A stretch of DNA of 39,480 nucleotides from Halobacterium sp. (GTDB lineage: Archaea; Halobacteriota; Halobacteria; Halobacteriales; Halobacteriaceae), in contig CAXREU010000017.1 in assembly GCA_964229715.1 (NCBI GenBank), positions 1 through 39,480 on the forward strand, in the 5' to 3' direction. Position numbers and translations under genes: made by a program. This document shows, piece by piece, positions 36,147 to 39,480 of the stretch. The notes beneath the pieces are model-generated. The model worked only from the letters and a program-made list of their open reading frames with translations. It ran no database searches and was not told the DNA's origin. Position 1 is the stretch's first letter. Each line of letters opens with the position of its first letter.

Positions 36147-38468
36147 ATGACCGACGACTCACCCGGCGGCGAGACTGCCGCCACGCTGACCGCCCGGCTG
36201 TCGGTCCCCGACATGGACTGCCCGTCGTGCGCGGGCAAAGTCGAGCACGCCCTAGAGGGCGTCGCTGGCGTCGAGTCCTTCGATACGCAGCCGACGACCG
36301 GCCGCGTCGTCGTCACCTACGACCCCGGCGAGGCCGACGAAGCCGAGTTGGTCGCCGCCATCGAGGCCGCGGGCTACGAGGTGACCGGCTGGTCCGGCGA
36401 GAGCGAGGGCGAGCGCACCGAACCCGCCAGCCCCGGCTCCGTCTGGACGAGTCCGCGCGCGCTGAAGACGTGGGCGAGCGCCGTCCTCGTCGCCGCCGGC
36501 TTCCTCTTCGAATTCCTCCTCCCCGGCTCGAACACCGTAATCGCGGAACTGCTCGGCAGCGACGTGTTGCTGTCGGACGCCGCGTTCCTCGGCGGCATTT
36601 TGATTGCGGGCCAGCCCATCGTCCGCGGCGGCTACTACTCGCTGAAGAGCCTGAACCTCGACATCGACCTGCTGATGTCCGTCGCCATCCTCGGCGCCGT
36701 CGCCGCCAGCGTCGCGTTCGGCGAGCGCCTCTACTTCGAGGCGGCGACGCTCGCAGTCCTGTTCAGCGTCTCCGAACTGCTGGAGTCGTACTCGATGGAC
36801 CGCGCGCGCAGTTCCCTCGAAGAGCTCATGGAACTTTCGCCGGACGAGGCGACAGTCCAACGAGACGGTGAGGAAGTCACCCTCCCCGTCGGGGACGTCC
36901 GCGTCGGCGACCGCGTGGTTGTCCGGCCCGGCGAGAAAATTCCGATGGACGGCGTGGTCGTCGAGGGCGAGAGCGCCGTCAATCAGGCACCGATTACCGG
37001 GGAGAGCGTCCCCGTCGACAAGACCGAGGGCGACGACGTCTACGCGGGCACCATCAACGAGGCGGGTTACCTCGAAGTTCAAGTCACGGCGGAAGCCACG
37101 GAGAACACGCTCGCGCGCATCGTCGAGATGGTCGAGGACGCCCAGGCCAACCAGACCGAGCGCGAGCAGTTCGTCGAGCGCTTCGCCGCCTACTACACGC
37201 CACTCGTCGTCGGCGCTGGCATCCTGGTCGGCGTCGTCCCGCCGCTGTTCTTCGGCGCGTCGTGGCCGACGTGGATTCTCCGCGGGCTCACGCTGTTCGT
37301 GCTCGCGTGCCCCTGCGCGTTCGTCATCTCGACGCCCGTCTCGGTGGTTTCGGGCGTCACGAGCGCCGCGAAGAACGGCGTGCTCGTGAAGGGCGGCAAC
37401 CACCTCGAAGCGATGGGCGCCGTGGAGGCCATCGCGTTCGACAAGACGGGGACACTGACGAAAGGCGAACTCACCGTCACCGACGTCGTGCCGCTCGGCG
37501 ACAACACCGACGAAGACGTGCTGCGCTGCGCACGTGGCCTCGAATCCCGCAGCGAGCACCCCATCGGGGACGCTATCGTCGAGCACGCCGCCGACCGCGG
37601 TGTCGAGGGCCGCGAGGTTTCGGACTTCGAGAGCGTCACCGGAAAGGGCGTCACCGCGGACCTCGACGGCACCACCCACTACGCGGGCAAACCCGGCTAC
37701 TTCGCGGACCTCGGATTCGACCTCTCGCACGTCCACGCCGCCACCGACGGCGGGGTCGTCACCCAGAAGAGCCGCGACCTCTGTGAGCGCAACGACTGCC
37801 TGGACCTCCTCGAGGACCTCGTGCCGCAGCTCCAGACTGAAGGCAAGACGGTCGTCCTCGTCGGTACTGACGACGAGCTGGAGGGCGTGATTGCGGTCGC
37901 CGACGAGGTCCGCCCGGAAGCGAAGGCCTCCATCCAGCGCCTCCGGGACCTCGGCGTCGAACACACCGTGATGCTTACCGGGGACAACGAGCGAACTGCT
38001 GGTGCTATCGCCGAGCAGGTCGGCGTCGACGAGTTCCGCGCGGAACTGCTCCCCGAGCAGAAGGTCGCAGCCGTCGTGGACCTCACCGACGAGTTCGAGG
38101 CGGTCGCGATGGTCGGAGACGGCGTCAACGACGCACCCGCGCTCGCCACTGCGACCGTCGGCGTCGCGATGGGCGCGGCCGGTACGGACACCGCCCTCGA
38201 AACGGCGGACATCGCGCTGATGGGCGACGACCTCACGCGACTCCCGTACCTCTACGACCTCTCGGGTCGCACGAACGGCGTCATCCGGCAGAACATCTGG
38301 TCGAGTCTCGCCGCGAAAGCGATTCTCGCCGCTGGCGTCCCGCTCGGCCTCGTTCCCATCTGGGTCGCCGTGCTCGTCGGCGACGCCGGGATGACCACCG
38401 CCGTCACGGGGAACGCGATGCGGCTCTCGCGCGTGAAGCCGGAACTCGAAGCCGACGGCGAGCAGTAG
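36147..38468 (+). CDS. cadA: Heavy-metal P1B-type ATPase (Zn/Cd type)
   Basis: MDCPSC HMA domain, TGES, CPC, DKTGT, SEHP, GDGVNDAPALA. Confidence 0.9.
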   Translation: MTDDSPGGETAATLTARLSVPDMDCPSCAGKVEHALEGVAGVESFDTQPTTGRVVVTYDPGEADEAELVAAIEAAGYEVTGWSGESEGERTEPASPGSVWTSPRALKTWASAVLVAAGFLFEFLLPGSNTVIAELLGSDVLLSDAAFLGGILIAGQPIVRGGYYSLKSLNLDIDLLMSVAILGAVAASVAFGERLYFEAATLAVLFSVSELLESYSMDRARSSLEELMELSPDEATVQRDGEEVTLPVGDVRVGDRVVVRPGEKIPMDGVVVEGESAVNQAPITGESVPVDKTEGDDVYAGTINEAGYLEVQVTAEATENTLARIVEMVEDAQANQTEREQFVERFAAYYTPLVVGAGILVGVVPPLFFGASWPTWILRGLTLFVLACPCAFVISTPVSVVSGVTSAAKNGVLVKGGNHLEAMGAVEAIAFDKTGTLTKGELTVTDVVPLGDNTDEDVLRCARGLESRSEHPIGDAIVEHAADRGVEGREVSDFESVTGKGVTADLDGTTHYAGKPGYFADLGFDLSHVHAATDGGVVTQKSRDLCERNDCLDLLEDLVPQLQTEGKTVVLVGTDDELEGVIAVADEVRPEAKASIQRLRDLGVEHTVMLTGDNERTAGAIAEQVGVDEFRAELLPEQKVAAVVDLTDEFEAVAMVGDGVNDAPALATATVGVAMGAAGTDTALETADIALMGDDLTRLPYLYDLSGRTNGVIRQNIWSSLAAKAILAAGVPLGLVPIWVAVLVGDAGMTTAVTGNAMRLSRVKPELEADGEQ

Positions 38469-38538
38469 CTATCCGCAGTTCACAGCACGCCTCAGGGACA
38501 TCCCGGCCCTCACGACGAAAAGAGAGTTGTCTCTCTCT

Positions 38539-39480
38539 CTACGTCGTCTCGTCGGTGTCCGGTTTGAAGATTCGGAGCGTCGATATCCGCGAGCCGTCGA
38601 CGTCCGTCACCTCGAACCCGTAGTCGCCAACCTCGACGCGGTCCCCGACCTCCGGGGCTCGGTCGAGCTGGTCGAGAACCAATCCGGCGACCGTTTCGAC
38701 TGCCGCGTGTTCGAACTGTGCACCGAGCACGTCGTTGATGTCGGCGAGAGAGACGCCCCCATCGACGTCGTAGCTGCCATCGTCGCGCCGACGAATCGAT
38801 GGTTCGCGCTCGTCGACGTCGAACTCGTCGCGAAGGTCGCCGACGACAGCTTCGACGATGTCTTCCACAGTCGCAATTCCCTCGAATGCGCCCCACTCGT
38901 CGATGACACCGGCCATTTGCTGGTGCTCGGAGCGGAACTGCACTAACAGGTCGTTGATGGTCGTGGTTTCGGGAACGATGAGGATGTCCCGAGCGATGTC
39001 GCTGGCCGTCGTCGTCCCCTCCTCGTCGCGTTCGCTCGCTTGAAGGAGGTCTTTGACGTCGACGAAGCCGACCACCTGAGTACGGTCGCCGGCTTCGACG
39101 ACGGGATAGCGCGTGTGCCCAGCCTCGAAGACGATGTCGCGGAGCTCCGGGAGTGTGGCGTCCGCGGGCACACTCACCACGTCGGGCTGGGGAATCATGA
39201 CCTCGCGGACGGTCGTGTCGTCGAGCTCGAAGACGCGCTCTATCATGGCGACTTCCGCGACGTCCACGTCGCCCTCCTCACCGGACTGCACCAACACGCG
39301 CCGGATTTCGCGCTCGCCAAGCGTTTCGTCGGACTCCGAGGCCGGCGGGACGCCGAGCGCACGCGTAAACCGGTTCGCCGCCCCGTTGAAGACGACGATG
39401 CCCGGGTAAAAGAGATAGTAGAAGAGCTTCATCGGCGGCGCGAGGTACAGCGAGAACCGCTCGGTCTGCGCGATGGCGAA
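38539..39480 (-). CDS. Hemolysin/CNNM family protein with CBS and CorC domains (3' part; start outside window)
   Basis: VREVMIP, HTRYPV, IDEWGAFEGIATVEDIVEAVVGDLRDEFD, ETVAGLV. Confidence 0.88.
   Translation of the reverse strand, partial: FAIAQTERFSLYLAPPMKLFYYLFYPGIVVFNGAANRFTRALGVPPASESDETLGEREIRRVLVQSGEEGDVDVAEVAMIERVFELDDTTVREVMIPQPDVVSVPADATLPELRDIVFEAGHTRYPVVEAGDRTQVVGFVDVKDLLQASERDEEGTTTASDIARDILIVPETTTINDLLVQFRSEHQQMAGVIDEWGAFEGIATVEDIVEAVVGDLRDEFDVDEREPSIRRRDDGSYDVDGGVSLADINDVLGAQFEHAAVETVAGLVLDQLDRAPEVGDRVEVGDYGFEVTDVDGSRISTLRIFKPDTDETT

Noticed and set aside
38518-38541. AGAGAG-TTGT-CTCTCTCTCT tract as a microsatellite or phase-variation site
   Set aside because: Short, and located between convergent genes; better explained as a terminator-like hairpin or pyrimidine tract.

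Overview
High-GC haloarchaeal chromosomal DNA with acidic proteins, Tat/lipobox signals and many apparently leaderless genes. The sod / halocyanin / multicopper protein / radical-SAM order recalls Halobacterium. The left ~17.6 kb is housekeeping: SLC13 transporter (partial), HTH and PadR regulators, AI-2E, MgtC/DUF4010, class-III aminotransferase, halocyanin, mutY, Na/Ca antiporter, USP, tdk, YIP1, degenerate RecJ-like protein, elp3, DUF63, Lrp, IMPase and tRNA-Leu(CAA). From 17.7 to 35.5 kb lies an anaerobic/NO-respiration region: qNOR, sod, tandem halocyanin, a two-domain multicopper oxidase, AhbD- and AhbC-like radical SAM enzymes with a small PaaB-like partner, nirK, a CGCGG protein, two DUF2249 proteins, a DUF59-like protein, an orphan TupA-like protein and an HTH-10 regulator. 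Nine copies of a CGAA-N4-TTCG palindrome link this region; five sit exactly 38 nt from a start codon. A second TTCCC-N6/7-GGGAA palindrome also recurs. The window ends with a P1B heavy-metal ATPase and a partial CBS/hemolysin-family gene. The most unusual non-coding feature is a perfect 77-bp duplication of the elp3 3' end bracketing a 130-bp hairpin-rich insert. All family calls come from motif recognition by eye, not database searches.
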